A stretch of DNA of 35,069 bases from positions 1 through 35,069 of the forward strand of contig JBBIJY010000028.1 in the NCBI GenBank assembly GCA_037445735.1. Reading direction: 5' to 3'. Of the stretch, positions 20,507 to 29,832 are shown piece by piece (the stretch's first letter is position 1; every line of letters begins with the position of its first letter). The stretch comes from Armatimonadota bacterium (GTDB lineage: Bacteria; Armatimonadota; Fimbriimonadia; Fimbriimonadales; GBS-DC). The notes below the pieces were generated by a model, which was given only the letters and a program-made list of their open reading frames with translations, did not search any database and had not been told where the DNA came from. Made by a program: the position numbers and the translations under genes.

Positions 20507-23292
20507 ATGCAAGGCAAGATGGTCAGAAGGATGCAGCGCGCCCTCCAGCAAGTTGCGCGGGGGGGGGGCGAACTGGTACAGCTTATTTAGAGTGTCCCCG
20601 CACATATCCAAGCGCGCAAACCAAACTTTTACGTGCCGAACCGCTCTTGCTAACCATGTTTCTGCTCTGTGCTACCCCCCTTGTCCATACCCAGAATCAG
20701 GCTACCGAGGGACGGTGGGATCGACTCTACTATTTGGATTCTGCTGGCAATCGACATGTTGTTGTCTGGCGTCGTAATTGGACGGAGTGGACCGATCAAG
20801 ATCAGGAGCGATACGGTCCTTATGAAGACCAGTCGCAGGCGATATTTGCGCCCTCATATGCTTGGATGGATATTTACGGCGTGCATGCGGTGGTGCTTCC
20901 CTTTGTGGGCGATCCAGCTGCTCCTTATGGCTGGGGCTGGGTGATGCTGTGGGGGCTCGGAAGAGAGCGCCACGACCCGGAAGACGACAACCCTGAAGAT
21001 GTAGATATTCCACGCCTTAACGCCTGGGAAGCAGAGCCAGATTTTTATCCACCGAATCGTTTTGTTAACCGTGCCGCGTTGACCTCGATCCTGCTGTGGA
21101 ATCCCGCAGTCTTACCTGATGAGCCACCTCTCACCATGACTGATCGGAAGCATGCCTACGGTTATGTTCGTTATCTATTCGACCACAGTCAGGTTGGATC
21201 CCTTTTTGAGCGGACGCCATGGACAGTACCGGGGCACTGGCCTGCCTTCAACCTGTTCTGCAGTGGGCACGCCCTGTTGCCCAATGGTAGGCTGCTGGCT
21301 GTAGGCGGCAACATCGGGATGTACACACGAGATGATAGTCAGGGTACAGTAAGCGGGCATGGTGGATTGCGCTTAGTTGCAACTTTTAACCATGAAAACT
21401 TCCAGCCGAGCGATGTAAGCCTCGATCAGCCACTATGGAGCTGGCAGTGGGGTCTTTATGAACCGCGCTGGTATCCAAGCGTGGTGTCACTACACGATGG
21501 TCGTACCCTTATTGTGGGCGGTTGGCAGGTCGATCCGCCGGTGGCTCGCCGAACCCATTTTTACGAGTTCTACGAGCTGTGCACAGACCAGCTGGCATAC
21601 TACGGTTGTTTCCGTATTCCGACAGAATATGTCGCTCTGCGTGAAAGTTATCCGCGCTTACTGATGGTTTCATATCGCGATAGTTTGGGTGCAGTGAAGG
21701 CACGCGTGCTACATGTCGGCTCCTATGACATCGAGAACGACGAAGCACGGCGTATTTATTACCTTGAACCACCATGGGACAGTCAGCCCAATGGGCTCAT
21801 TACCTGCTGGAAACGCGCCAGCGTGCAACTAAGAGCTATCCGTATTCACGGTACGGCGGTGCTGCTCCCGAACTACATGGCGACTAATCCGCAAAACCTT
21901 GCCCAGCAGGTGCTCAATCAGGTAATGGTGTTAGGTGGTGGCTATGGCTCATCTGAGTGGGATTCCCAGTTCGGTGGCTATGTGCGCGATGCCCATTCCA
22001 GCACGGAGATTGTGAGCGTGGCGAACGACACGGGCGTCATCAGCAGGAGTGATGGTCCCACGCTGCAAGTGCAACGGGCGCATCTGAACGCGGTGTTGCT
22101 GCCCACAGGGCAGCTGCTAATAGTTGGAGGCATTCACGGACTGTTCCACCCAGAGAATCCTCCCGCAGTTTCTTCAGCCAACTGGCTTCACCCTGATCAG
22201 CTGGCACGGGAGTCGGAGTTGCTGAGCTGGACAGGGTCTGGCTGGATGTCGCGCTTGCTGGCGCCTGCGCCTGCCGATGATAGGGATAGCGACGGGATTG
22301 TAGATGGAGCAAGAGTGTATCACTCCACAGCCCTCCTGCTACCTGATGGGCGTGTGCTAACGGCAGGTTCATCAGTAAACGCCTGGGTGCGTGCTTCTGG
22401 CGGAGGCTTTACGCGCAGAGGCGTGCACAACTATGTGCCGACCATCTACTCTCCCCCTTACCTGTTCAAACCCGATGGGACACGGCGCGGCGATGCCGAC
22501 CGTCCGCAGATTGTGAGCCTATCCGACACCGAGCTGAACTACGGGCAGCAGTTTGAACTGGAATATCGCTTAGCCGATGACAGTGCAGGCATCCAGAGTG
22601 CGGTGCTGGTGCGCCCCAGTTCGGTGACCCACTCCACCAACTTTGAGCAGCGACTGGTGCGCTTGCACTTCAAGCAGGAAGATCCGCTGATTCAGGTGAC
22701 GGCGCCGTGGCATCCCGCGATTGCTCCACCCGGCTGGTATATGCTCTTTCTGGTGGATGAGAACAACACCCCGTCCAAAGCGGTGTGGGTGTATTTGAGC
22801 CCACTGTCGGTGTGTACATTGAACCCATCGACAGTGGAGTTGCAGCTGGAAGGCGTTGACCAGTTGAGCGCGGAGCAAGCCGCGGCGATGGAGAACGAAC
22901 CCCTCACGCTGGAGTTTCGCAATCCTGCAACGGGCACAACCCTGCAGACCTTCACCCTGCCGATGGCACGCCCTGACAGCTCAGGGCAGGTGGCTTTAGA
23001 GGTATGGACCGACCTGCCGGCGGGCGGGTACGAGGTGTATGTGCGTCCCTATCGGTCGTGGTTGGGGCAGCGGGTGCGGGTGAACTGGCAGCCGGGTGGC
23101 CGGTTGCTCATTCCGTTGCGGAATGGGGATGTGGTGAAGGACAATCAGGTGGATTATGCCGACCTGGTGCTGGTGTTAGAGATGCAGGGTGCGACGGGTT
23201 TGAGTGAGGCGGATGTGAACGCGGATGGTGTGGTGGATGAACAGGATGCGGCGATAGTGGCGCAGAATGTGGGCGAGGTGGGTGATGAGTGA
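20507..23292 (+). CDS. Secreted galactose/glyoxal oxidase-like copper-radical oxidase (AA5-like, kelch + DUF1929 + dockerin-like tail); frameshifted at a G10 tract as written
   Basis: NLFCSGH (Cys), RWYPS (Tyr), RVYHS (Tyr-His), SVTHS (His). ATG 20507 with SD GAGGAGG is out of frame with the main ORF until the G run at 20559-20568 gains 1 nt. Confidence 0.85.
20559..20568 (+). repeat. G10 homopolymer (candidate slippage or phase-variation tract)
   Basis: GCGC-GGGGGGGGGG-CGAACT, lying between the SD-linked ATG and the signal-peptide h-region. Confidence 0.75.
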
Positions 23293-23388
23293 GCGTGCTT
23301 GAACTAACGGCAAGAGGTGATTAAAATCATCCCTGCGCAGATAAAGGGCGGTATAATTAGGAACGATTGCGAGGAGGTCAAAAGCGCT

Positions 23389-25536
23389 ATGCGAAGCAAG
23401 CAGGCGAGATGGCAGAGGTGCTGGTGTGCATTAGTCGGAACACTGCTGTTGGGGCTGGCTTACCCTCAGGGGCGTCCGGATATCCTCTGGATGGCAGGGG
23501 GACATTCTGGAGCGTCTGTCGTTGCCTTCTCGCCCGATGGACAACTGCTCGCCTCAGGCAGCTTGGATGGCACTGTTAAGCTCTGGCGCCTGTCCGATGG
23601 AAGGCTGCTGCATTCGTTGAGAGGGAATGTAGAGTGGATTCAAGCAGTGGCTTTTTCTCCTGATGGACGCCTGCTGGCAGCGGGCGGTGAACACCACGAC
23701 AGTAATGACGCTGGCGTAGTCGATCTATGGCAGGTATCTGATAGAAAGCGGCTGCGCACCCTGCGAGCGTATGCGAGCAGGATTCGATCAGTGGCTTTTT
23801 CCCCGGATGGGCGCTTTCTGGTATCAGGCGGCGAGCGTGGTCTGATTACTCGCAATCGCTCTTACTATCTGATAGGCAGCCTCGAAATGTGGCGCGTGTC
23901 GGATGGCGCCGCCGTGCGTGTAATCACGCTGCGCGAAGCCCCTTTAACAGCGGTTGCTTTCTCACCCGATGGACGCCTGCTGGCATCGGGCAGTAAAGAC
24001 GGGACTGTTCGCCTGTGGCGAGTGGCAGATGGGAGTCTGCTCCGCTCTTTTACGACATCGCCTGGCGCATGGGTCGTTCCGGTAGCGTTTTCCTCCGACG
24101 GGCGCTTGCTGGCAGCAGCAAGTGGCGCAGTGGTCTACTTATGGCGGGTGGCAGATGGGGCACTGATTCGAACTCTGGCTGCGTTCACTGAAATTGGCTC
24201 ACTTGCTTTTTCACCCGATGGGCAGTTGGTTGCTGCAGGGGAGTTGCAGGGCACGATTGATGTGTGGCGGGTGATGGATGGGGAGTTGGAGCGAGTGCTG
24301 GTGGGGCACGGACGGCCAGTGGTGTCGGTGGCGTTTTCAGCGGAGGGGCATTATATAGCGTCGGGGGATGAGGGGGGTCAGTTGCGGTTGTGGCGAGTGG
24401 CGGACGGTTCACTGCTGCGCATTCTCACTTACCATCAAGGGAGCATCAACTCGCTTGCCTTCTCGCCGGATGGGCGGTCGCTGGCATCTGGAGGCGGGCA
24501 TTATGATGACACGCTTCGTGTGTGGCGGGTCTCGGACGGAGTGCCGTTATATACGCGTTTTGCGCATGTACGCGGGGTTAACACGCTCACTTTTTCGCCG
24601 GATGGGCAGTTGCTGGCATCGGGTGGCACAGATACATTCATTCATCTCTGGCGGGCTGCGGACGGTCATTGGATTCGTACTCTCACGGGACATTTCGGGA
24701 GCATCTTTTCACTCGCCTTTTCGCCGGATGGGCAGTTGCTGGCATCGGGGAGCGGTTGTTATCCTTCCAGTGAGCCTGTTTGTGACAGCACGGTCCGACT
24801 CTGGAGAGTGTCCGATGGAGCGGAGCTGCGCCAGCTTAATGAAGCGGGAAGTTGGCGCGAGATTTTTTCTGTTGCCTTTTCGCCTGACGGTCAGCTGCTG
24901 GCGTCAGGAGGTTTCGACAATGCTGTTTACTTATGGCGGGTGTCAGACGGAGCATTATTGCGCACGATCACGCTACCATCGGGCGCCTGGGTCAACACGG
25001 TTGCTTTCTCGCCCGATGGGCAGTATCTGGCAGCGTCAAGCTCTGGAGGCAGGATTCATTTGTGGCGCGTATCCGACTGGATGTTGCTCTATACTCTTAC
25101 GGTAGAGAGCTCGCACCAGGAAATGATAGCCTTTTCGCCGGATGGACGCTATCTGCTCTCAGCTGGGTTTGATTGGCGTGTTATTAATCAATTTCTGGTT
25201 TTATCAGGCACAATCCGTTTATGGCGCGTGTCGGATGGGGCGTTACTGCGCCTTTATGACCAGGAAACAGGCGCCTCTGTTACTTCCATCCAGTTCTCAC
25301 CTGTGGATACACGGATGTTCACCTATGGGCGTTTTGATGGCACGGTCGTGGTGGCGCGTTATCGCATCTGGGGCGATGTAGATGGCAACGGCTGTGTGGA
25401 TGATTTAGACTTACTACGAGTGCTCCTCGCATTTGGGCAGAGTGGGGAGACTTTGCCCGAAGATATGGACAGCAACGGTGTGGTGGATGATGCTGACCTG
25501 CTGCTGGTGCTGCTCTACTTTGGGAATGAGTGCTAA
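23389..25536 (+). CDS. Secreted WD40-repeat protein (~14 repeats) with dockerin-like C-terminal domain
   Basis: TATAAT 23352-23357 and SD GAGGAGG; signal peptide; repeated VAFSPDGxLLASG...LWRVSDG; tail GDVDGNGCVDDLDLL...YFGNEC. Confidence 0.9.
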   Translation: MRSKQARWQRCWCALVGTLLLGLAYPQGRPDILWMAGGHSGASVVAFSPDGQLLASGSLDGTVKLWRLSDGRLLHSLRGNVEWIQAVAFSPDGRLLAAGGEHHDSNDAGVVDLWQVSDRKRLRTLRAYASRIRSVAFSPDGRFLVSGGERGLITRNRSYYLIGSLEMWRVSDGAAVRVITLREAPLTAVAFSPDGRLLASGSKDGTVRLWRVADGSLLRSFTTSPGAWVVPVAFSSDGRLLAAASGAVVYLWRVADGALIRTLAAFTEIGSLAFSPDGQLVAAGELQGTIDVWRVMDGELERVLVGHGRPVVSVAFSAEGHYIASGDEGGQLRLWRVADGSLLRILTYHQGSINSLAFSPDGRSLASGGGHYDDTLRVWRVSDGVPLYTRFAHVRGVNTLTFSPDGQLLASGGTDTFIHLWRAADGHWIRTLTGHFGSIFSLAFSPDGQLLASGSGCYPSSEPVCDSTVRLWRVSDGAELRQLNEAGSWREIFSVAFSPDGQLLASGGFDNAVYLWRVSDGALLRTITLPSGAWVNTVAFSPDGQYLAASSSGGRIHLWRVSDWMLLYTLTVESSHQEMIAFSPDGRYLLSAGFDWRVINQFLVLSGTIRLWRVSDGALLRLYDQETGASVTSIQFSPVDTRMFTYGRFDGTVVVARYRIWGDVDGNGCVDDLDLLRVLLAFGQSGETLPEDMDSNGVVDDADLLLVLLYFGNEC

Positions 25537-25568
25537 TGTTGGGCATCGCCCCCTACACAAGGAGGCAA

Positions 25569-26678
25569 ATGGCGATGCGTCACGGGCTGTGGGCGAGCTG
25601 GCTACTGCTGGGGCTGAGCTGGGCACTGGCTCAACGGATTATTCCGTTGAACTATCCTGGCTCCGAAACCGAGCGCGCCTTTCTTTCGGGCAATGGTCAG
25701 GTGGTGGTGACCACCTATAACAGAGGGGGCGTGCATTATCCAATAGTCTGGCGATCAGAGACGGGCTGGCAGTTTTTACGAGCAGATGGGGGGCTTACCC
25801 ACGACTATCGGGAAGCGCTTTCAGGTGGGGCGATGAACATCTCCTTTGATGGCTCTGTGGTGGTTGGAACGGGGCAGCAAGGTCCCTTTCGGTGGCGGCT
25901 GGGGAGAGGGTTGGAATATCTACCGTTGCCACCAGGCGCGCGCCTGGTAGGAATGCTGGATGTTGCGGCGGACGGACAGGTAGTCGCAGGGCAACTGTTT
26001 ATTCCGGAAGGAGGTCGGGCGCGCTCAGCCATTGTCCGCTGGCATACCGATGGGCAGATAGAATTGATCCCGGAGTTACGGGGCACAAATCTAACCGCAC
26101 TATCAGCAGACGGACGCGCTATTGTAGGGGACGATACCGAACGGTTCTACTTTGGTCAACCGTTTCGCTGGATAGAAGGGCGGGGTGTAGAGTACCTGCC
26201 AGGTTTTTCTGGCGGGACGGCACTGGCTGTTTCCGCCGATGGTCGCGTGGTGGCTGGGGAAGGCACGGCGGCATCCCTGAGCCGACAGGGGGCATGGCGC
26301 TGGGTAGAGGGAGAAGGGCTGGAGTGGCTATTCCCAGCGGGCATAAGCGTTTCAGCAGTGACAGTGATGTCATGGGATGGCACTATTCTGGGCGGTTTTT
26401 ACTTTCCGCCAGGTGCCTATAGCAGCCTGTTTCGCTGGCGAGAGGGGGTTGGGGTTGAGGATTTGAACGAGGTGTATGGATGGCTATTGCGGGGGCGCTG
26501 GCAATCGCTCCACGATATATCATCCGATGGACGCTACTGGTTGGGCTCTGGCGGTGGTTACGGGCTGTTCCTTCTGGACACGGTGCCGGAGGTGTCGTCG
26601 GTGTGGGTGCTGGTGGGTGGGTTGGGTTTGTTCGGTGGATGGCGGTGGGGCGGGCGCAGGCGCCAGGGTCAGGGCTAA
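25569..26678 (+). CDS. Secreted HAF-like extracellular repeat protein with PEP-CTERM-like tail
   Basis: SD AAGGAGG (start 25569 or 25575); signal ALA|Q; repeats (I/V/L)SADGxVVxG...WRW; tail VPEVSS + hydrophobic stretch + RRR. Confidence 0.82.
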   Translation: MAMRHGLWASWLLLGLSWALAQRIIPLNYPGSETERAFLSGNGQVVVTTYNRGGVHYPIVWRSETGWQFLRADGGLTHDYREALSGGAMNISFDGSVVVGTGQQGPFRWRLGRGLEYLPLPPGARLVGMLDVAADGQVVAGQLFIPEGGRARSAIVRWHTDGQIELIPELRGTNLTALSADGRAIVGDDTERFYFGQPFRWIEGRGVEYLPGFSGGTALAVSADGRVVAGEGTAASLSRQGAWRWVEGEGLEWLFPAGISVSAVTVMSWDGTILGGFYFPPGAYSSLFRWREGVGVEDLNEVYGWLLRGRWQSLHDISSDGRYWLGSGGGYGLFLLDTVPEVSSVWVLVGGLGLFGGWRWGGRRRQGQG

Positions 26679-26818
26679 CACCCATTGCCAAAATTGAACA
26701 GCACCAGCCGCAGGTCGGCATCGTCCACCGTGCCATCCTTGTTGATATGCTCATGGCGAGCATAGCTCCTGCCAGGTGTGCCAAACGCAAGCAGCACATT
26801 CAGCACATCAGCGTCATC
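26675..26818 (-). pseudogene. Orphan 3' gene remnant encoding only the dockerin-like tail
   Basis: Translates DDADVLNVLLAFGTPGRSYARHEHINKDGTVDDADLRLVLFNFGNGC*, preceded in frame by TAG TAA. Not in the ORF track. Confidence 0.8.
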
Positions 26819-26834
26819 TTACTACATTTAGGGT

Positions 26835-26862
26835 ATAGGGGCAACGGATGCCCCTATGCCAC
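26835..26862. repeat. REP-like hairpin ATAGGGGCA-ACGGA-TGCCCCTAT-GCCAC
   Basis: 9-bp perfect stem with GCCAC tail, at the truncation point of the pseudogene remnant. Confidence 0.55.
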
Positions 26863-26952
26863 TCTGGGCGTGGTGAGAAGCCAGTGGAGAGAGGTTTTTG
26901 GACAATCGCAGGGGTAGCCAATTCAGGACGGCATCGGGTACAATAAACATGG

Positions 26953-28224
26953 ATGAAAGCGACGCAATCGGTGCCGACGGCAGGCAAGGCGCCCACCGAG
27001 CGCGATCCCGAAGTGTTCGCCACCGTTGAGGAAGCCATCGAGATTATCCGCAACGGCGGCATGCTCATCGTGGTGGATGACGAGGATCGCGAAAACGAGG
27101 GCGATTTTGTGATGGCGGCGGAGAAGGTGACGCCCGAAGCGGTGAACTTTATGCTGCTGCACGGGCGCGGGCTGCTCTGCCTGCCCACCGACGGCGCACG
27201 GCTGGACGAACTCAACATCCCGATGATGACGCAGGTGAACGCGCCCTTCGGCACCCCGATGGCGGAAGCCATCGACGCCCGCACGGGCATCAGCACGGGC
27301 ATCTCCGCGTTTGACCGCGCCCGCACCATCCGACTGTTTGTGGACCCTGCCGCCAAGCCCAGCGACTTCGTGCGACCCGGGCATGTGTTCCCGCTGCGGG
27401 CGGCGCCAGGCGGCGTGCTGAAGCGAGCCGGGCACACCGAAGCCGCTGTCGACCTCGCCCGACTCGCAGGGCTGTTCCCCGCAGGCGTCATCTGCGAGAT
27501 TCTGAACGAAGATGGCTCGATGGCGCGCATGCCCCAGCTGATTCAAATCGCCCGCCAGCACGGCTTGAAAATCCTCACGATTGCCGACCTGATTGCCTAT
27601 CGGCGGCGCCACGAGAAGCTCATTCGCAAAGTTACGCCGCCTATCCATCTGCCCACCCGCTACGGCACTTTCAGCCTGCACGCCTATGAGAGCGAGGTGG
27701 ATCCGAACCCCTATCTCGCGCTGGTGATGGGCACGGTGGACGACGGCGAACCCGTGCTGGTGCGCGTGCATTCCAGCTGCGTCACGGGCGACCTGCTCGG
27801 CTCCCTGCGCTGCGATTGCGGCTCCCAGCTCCAGCTCGCCCTGCAAAAAATCGGCGAGGAAAAGCGCGGCGTGCTGGTCTATATCCTGCAGGAGGGACGC
27901 GGGATTGGACTGCTCAACAAGCTGCGGGCGTACCACCTGCAGGATCAGGGGCTGGATACGGTGGAGGCGAACCGCGCGCTCGGCTTCAAGCCCGACCTGC
28001 GCGACTACGGCATCGGCGCCCAGATTCTGGTCGACCTCGGCGTGCGCAAACTGCGCCTGATGACGAACAACCCCACCAAAATCGCCGGGCTGGAAGGCTA
28101 TGGGCTGGAAGTGGTCGAACATGTGCCCCTGATTGCCCCGCCCACCGAATACAACCGCCACTACCTGCGCACCAAAGCCGAAAAACTGGGGCACCTGCTG
28201 GAACTCGAAACCGAAGCCGATTAA
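26953..28224 (+). CDS. ribBA: Bifunctional DHBP synthase / GTP cyclohydrolase II
   Basis: VVDDEDRENEGD, TGISAFDRA, RPGHVFPL, GHTEA; RVHSSCVTGD..RCDCG, QEGRGIGL, RDYGIGAQIL, MTNNP. Confidence 0.97.
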   Translation: MKATQSVPTAGKAPTERDPEVFATVEEAIEIIRNGGMLIVVDDEDRENEGDFVMAAEKVTPEAVNFMLLHGRGLLCLPTDGARLDELNIPMMTQVNAPFGTPMAEAIDARTGISTGISAFDRARTIRLFVDPAAKPSDFVRPGHVFPLRAAPGGVLKRAGHTEAAVDLARLAGLFPAGVICEILNEDGSMARMPQLIQIARQHGLKILTIADLIAYRRRHEKLIRKVTPPIHLPTRYGTFSLHAYESEVDPNPYLALVMGTVDDGEPVLVRVHSSCVTGDLLGSLRCDCGSQLQLALQKIGEEKRGVLVYILQEGRGIGLLNKLRAYHLQDQGLDTVEANRALGFKPDLRDYGIGAQILVDLGVRKLRLMTNNPTKIAGLEGYGLEVVEHVPLIAPPTEYNRHYLRTKAEKLGHLLELETEAD

Positions 28225-28233
28225 TCGCCCTGC

Positions 28234-29124
28234 TCATTTCTCGAACAGCCAGAGCCGCACATTGCGGTAGAGGCGGGCAAGCTCGCAGGCGCGGGGCGCG
28301 CCCAGCACGCAGGCGGCGGTTGCGAGGCTATCGGCGGTGATGCCGTCGGGCGCGCGAACGACCGCCAGCACCAGCCGTGTCAGCCCCAGCCCCGTGCGCG
28401 GATCGACGATATGCGCGTACCGCTTGCCGCCAATCTCCACGAACTGCTCCGTGCTGCCCGAGGTGGAGAGCGCGCATCGGCTCAGGCTCAGCACGCGCGG
28501 CAGCGGCGTCGCTGGCTCCTCGGGAGCAGGACGCGCCACCTCAATCTGCCAGCCGTTCTGATCGGGCGGCGGCTCGCCGACCACCAGATCGCCGCCCATC
28601 TGCACCAGCGCGCGCCGAATGCCGAACCGTTTCAGCGTGCGCAGCGCCTCGTCGCAGCCATAGCCTTTGGCGATACCACCCAGATCGAGGCGCATGCCGC
28701 TGACGGCAAGTCGGGCGGCGCGTCGGCGCAGACTCAGCTCCAGCTTGCGCCAGCCGACTCTGGCTCGCGCGGCGTTCAGAGTCGCCTCATCGGGCAGTTG
28801 CCCTGTGCGGCGCGCCTCCCGCCAGAGCTGCGTCAGGGGTCCCACCGTAATATCGAACGCCCCGCTGGTTTGCTGCGCCAGGCGCTGCGCTCGCCATAGC
28901 ACATAGAACAGCTCCCGGCTCACCCGCACCCAGCGTCCGACGGCTTGCTCGCACAGGCGCATCAGCTCGCTGTCGGGGCGATAGTCGCTCATCTTCGCCT
29001 CCAGCTCGCTCAGGCGATGATAAGCCGCCCGGCACGCCTCCAGCGCCAGCGATTCGCGCCCGGCGTAAACCACCAGCCGCGCTTCCACCCCCATCCGCAC
29101 CTGCCGATACTCAAACCGTTGCAT
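28234..29124 (-). CDS. apbE: FAD:protein FMN transferase (ApbE family), no lipoprotein signal
   Basis: GAFDITVGPL, LDLGGIAKGY, GGD, STSG, HIVDPRTG, ADSLAT. Confidence 0.9.
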   Translation of the reverse strand: MQRFEYRQVRMGVEARLVVYAGRESLALEACRAAYHRLSELEAKMSDYRPDSELMRLCEQAVGRWVRVSRELFYVLWRAQRLAQQTSGAFDITVGPLTQLWREARRTGQLPDEATLNAARARVGWRKLELSLRRRAARLAVSGMRLDLGGIAKGYGCDEALRTLKRFGIRRALVQMGGDLVVGEPPPDQNGWQIEVARPAPEEPATPLPRVLSLSRCALSTSGSTEQFVEIGGKRYAHIVDPRTGLGLTRLVLAVVRAPDGITADSLATAACVLGAPRACELARLYRNVRLWLFEK

Positions 29125-29224
29125 GGGCAATCCTGTGGATGGCTGAAGCAGCGGTTCAGCTGCCAGACTGAAAGTTTACCCGCGAAAGACTTCTGCAGGG
29201 GTATACTGAAGGTGGTGAGAGGCG

Positions 29225-29794
29225 ATGGCGACCGTGCCTTCTAAAGCGCATCCTCGCCCCCCGCGCAAGCGCAGGTGGAGCGAGGCAGATCTGCTCCGCC
29301 TGCCCGATGATGGACGCAAGTACGAACTGGTTGACGGGAGGCTCAGGGAGGTGCCCACAGGCGGACAGCATGGATGGCTGGGTGTGCGGCTCAGCGCCCG
29401 CATTCTGGCGTTGCGGGCAGAGAGCCTCTATGTGTTCGATTCCAGCACGGGCTTCCGCATGCGTGGGGGCAATATTCGTAGCCCCGATGTGGCGGTGATG
29501 CGGCGCGAACGCCTGCCCGACGGCAAGCCGCCTATCGGCTTCATCGACGGCGCGCCCGATCTCGCCGTTGAAATCGTCTCACCATCGGAAGACCCGCACG
29601 ATTTACTGCGCAAAATCGGTGAATATTTCGATTCGGGCGCGCAGGAGGTGTGGCTCCTGCTGCCAGAGCGCAGAATGGTTCACCGCTATCGGGCGCCGCT
29701 GGAGGTGGAGATACTGCGGGCAGAAGACACGCTCACGGGCGGCGAGCTATTGCCCAACTTCGCTGTGCAGGTGAGCGAGCTGTTCGCCGATTGA
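29225..29794 (+). CDS. Uma2 family (DUF820) endonuclease-like protein
   Basis: YELVDGRL, RSPDVA, APDLAVEIVSPS, KIGEYFDSGAQEVWL, GGELLPNF; TATACT at 29202-29207. Confidence 0.92.
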   Translation: MATVPSKAHPRPPRKRRWSEADLLRLPDDGRKYELVDGRLREVPTGGQHGWLGVRLSARILALRAESLYVFDSSTGFRMRGGNIRSPDVAVMRRERLPDGKPPIGFIDGAPDLAVEIVSPSEDPHDLLRKIGEYFDSGAQEVWLLLPERRMVHRYRAPLEVEILRAEDTLTGGELLPNFAVQVSELFAD

Positions 29795-29820
29795 CAGGGA
29801 ACAGCTCGCTCGTGTAGAAT
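29791..29820 (+). promoter_or_regulatory. Sigma70 promoter overlapping the Uma2 stop codon
   Basis: TTGACA (29791-29796), 18 nt, TAGAAT (29815-29820). Confidence 0.65.
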
Positions 29821-29832
29821 CGAGTCGTTGCG

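Noticed and set aside
26863-26952. FMN riboswitch upstream of ribBA (and a purine/ZTP riboswitch upstream of purF)
   Set aside because: No RFN consensus, and both genes have a -10 box within 10 nt of the start, leaving no leader.
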